Origin: Azolla caroliniana
Taxonomy: Eukaryota; Plantae; Polypodiophyta
Assembly (NCBI GenBank): GCA_043228905.1
Contig: JBHGNT010000009.1
Span: 20,150,001-20,214,000 of the forward strand
Length of the DNA stretch: 64,000 nucleotides
Direction: 5' to 3'
A program made the translations under genes and the position numbers. The notes under the pieces were generated by a model. It saw only the letters and a program-made list of their open reading frames with translations, was not told the DNA's origin and did no database searches. Below, one piece after another: positions 61,075-64,000 of the stretch (within the stretch, counting starts at the first letter, position 1; every line of letters begins with the position of its first letter).

Positions 61075-63481
61075 AAGCGCGGACATGCGCCTCCGCGTCG
61101 GCTTTCTCGTTGTATCTTGGATATGGGTAAGACATTGTGTTGATTTTGGAATCTTTCAGTACCCCCGAGGTGAGCTACTGTCGTCGAGGTGTTCAACCTC
61201 AGAGCTACTACCATTGGTCTACCGAATCGAGAAGCATTGTTGATTGGGCTTCCGATTTCGGGAGAGACTTCTAGTGAGGGTGGATTCGGTTACACTTTCT
61301 TCTTGTTCTGCACATCAAGATGTTGTCTAAGTGTGTATTCCATTGGGAGCGCCACTATGGCGATCGGGTCTTTCTCCTTCTCGTCTTCGTTGTGTACTCA
61401 CAGCTTGAACCAGGCATGCCAAATTGTGTCACCCCTTTTTGGAGGAACACACTCTCGGTTACTACTTCCAAGTAACCAGACCAAGGTGATTGTGGTAGGA
61501 AGGAAAGAAGGGACCTCAACTCATCCCGTCGGCTATGCACTTAGCTAGATACGGGAGTTAGGGGAGGTAACTCTACCCCAAGGAATTCCTAGATAACGCT
61601 CTCACTGAATCCCTGAGCTCGTCCAATCCACTCGACACTCAAGGATGCAAACAACTCTTAGAACTTCTTAGGGACGCAGTAACAGATCTTTGATCTCCTA
61701 TCAAATCGGCTACAACCGATCACAGGCTTGCGATTACACACAAACCATATACTTAGATTACCTGTCATGCACACAAGATTGACCCCACAAGAAAGAATAC
61801 TTGACTATCAATACATACATATACAAGTATTGATCGATTGTTGGTATAGCACTCACTCTCTCTTTCTTTTCTTGCCTAACAATATTGTCCCTCCCCCCCC
61901 CCCTTGTTCTCATTCACACGGTCCTTATATAAGATTACATGCTCAGTTCCTTATAATGTTACTCTTTTGGGAGCATGGTTCATTCCAATTGTTTTAAATA
62001 CTCAACTCCCTTTATTTGGTTGTTTGTGCTCAACTCCTTTCGTCTCCTTTTCACACCGTATCCCACTGGCCAACACTTTACTCTTCAATGAAATGCTTGG
62101 AAACTTTGTAAAGTCTCTTTGCAATTAAGTGTTAATGTCTCCACTTCTAAACGTGATTAGGTCATAGAGTAAGGTTAGTATTAGGATCCACAAAACTTTG
62201 AACTTTAATTCGAGCCTTTATTGGTGAGGCTAAGCTCTCTTCTTTGGACCTCTTATTGAAAAATCAAAGTATAATCGAAGGAAATATTTAGTGTTCGGTG
62301 GTCTAGGACAATGATGATATTTTATGTTTGTCTCATGTCCTTCCCTTGAGGGTTGTCAATAGTTACAAATTGAAATAATGATGAGCAAAGGAATAAGCGA
62401 TTAAGGAGAACAAGATATTAAGAAATTATATTTCATGTATGGGTTTGATAGTTTAAATAACCAGGTTTGGATGACACAATAGTATCAGGAGAACATTGCA
62501 TTTGTCATCGACTGGATAGCATCATCTTGTTGTCATGATATTCAAATTGAAAACAAGCCGAAAAACATTGCGAACAATCATCGTTAATATATTGCAAGCA
62601 TTCACTAGGCCCCATTCATGCAGTTTACATTGAATTACTTTGCAATGATTGGGCATATGAGTGATGAATTACGAAATATGTTTGGGCATGATTGCAAGTA
62701 TGTATTAGAAGTAGTCTAAGAAACCTTGGGCAACGTGATTAGCTACACATGCATGTTGATGTTTAACAATGAACATAGTAGAGTGGTACCAGTCACTATT
62801 TATGTATGGTCTTCGATTAAATGCTACAAATAAGGCGGACAACTACTCTCTATTTGAACTTCTTACCAATTGTGAAAATCTAGCATATTGAGTAAACAAA
62901 GGAATTGACAATATCTGAATTACTTTTAAGCTTTGAACTGGATGTTAAATTAGAAGCCTTGTTGTATCATTAGAAAATTTGTCACGTGATATGAAGTTAA
63001 TGATTCCACGCTTTGTTGCACAACACCTTGCATGCAAATGAATTATCTTGACATGTAACCACACTCATTCACAAATGCATGATTGATATGAATGCTTCAT
63101 TTCGTAACCCATAAGATCTTTTTATGGGAGGAAGGAAAACATTTCGTGTGGTGCTTCTACATAGTTAGTGCTTATACTAAATGAATATTGCTTGAAAAGT
63201 AGGTTATTGAGCCACTGAACTACACCACACCTTGGAAAACAACTAGCTGGGGCGTGCGTGTATAATGATTAGTGATTTATGTTTGCAAATGAATAGTAGC
63301 ACATTCATGATGATCATCACCCTTGAGTTGTGGTGCCAAGTGGACACCTCCATGCACAATCATTTGCATGCCATCAGAATAGATCATATATATACACTTT
63401 AAAAGATATACCCTCCTCAATCTCAGGTTGTATTGTATCACACATAGTTCCTCTCTATTTGCACAATTATATCCCTTCAAT

Positions 63482-64000
63482 ATGATGCTGCATTACTACA
63501 ACTGTTGGATGCTATTGGTGTCCTTGCTGCTTCTAGCTTCTGTGGTTTGCTGCGAATCATATTCTACATCATCCAAAGAAGATCGTGATGTTCCCTCCGA
63601 ATATTCGTCATTGGAAGGTCGATCAAAACCCTACAACACATTAAGCTCCACACTTGATAATCATCATGATAGAGAGAAAGAGGAGGAGGAAGAAGAAGAG
63701 TGGCTTAATCTAGATCTTGGGGAGCCTTGTGAGGTGCTACGGACCGAAGGTGGGGTTGTGCGTGTTTGGATGCATGATAATGTTGATCGTGCCATTCGCA
63801 GCAATGTCGTGGTGGGTGTCGCAGAGCTAGAGCTCGAGGAAGATGGCTTGCTTTTGCCCAACTATGCTAATGTCCCCAAGGTTGCTTATGTGACCCAAGG
63901 TATATATCATATTATATGGTTGGTTTGTTGATCCGACGACAAATAATTAAGAAATAATGATGTATTTGGAGTGTATCATTAATTAATGTCCATGTACATG
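63482..64000 (+). CDS. Second legumin-like bicupin paralog (exon 1 63482-63899, intron 1 runs off the window)
   Basis: Near-identical cupin start to gene 1 with the same phase-1 donor; signal peptide present; ~1 kb of upstream sequence is homologous to 48850-49790. Confidence 0.88.

Overview
Eukaryotic nuclear DNA from a land plant, most likely a fern (inferred from a heavily pre-edited cox1 NUMT that retains a group I intron end). It holds few host genes in a dense nested transposon landscape. Host genes: a complete 10-exon GAUT1-like galacturonosyltransferase (GT8; 177-5077, minus) and two tandem 11S-legumin-like bicupin genes with signal peptides (49792-51801 complete; 63482->64000 partial). 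Repeats: a decayed LINE, several Ty1/copia elements (one with an intact 1338-aa polyprotein but a truncated 5' LTR), gypsy remnants, solo LTRs and a hAT-type MITE. The mitochondrial cox1 insertion is split by a copia element. That copia element is itself interrupted by a young gag-only LTR element with a tRNA-Trp PBS, a 4-bp TSD and THREE LTRs from two families, both carrying a tRNA-like (Pol III A/B box) module in U3; this is the most unusual structure in the window. A dead copia copy also carries captured fragments of U6 snRNA and plastid rpoB. All coordinates were read by eye and no searches were run.
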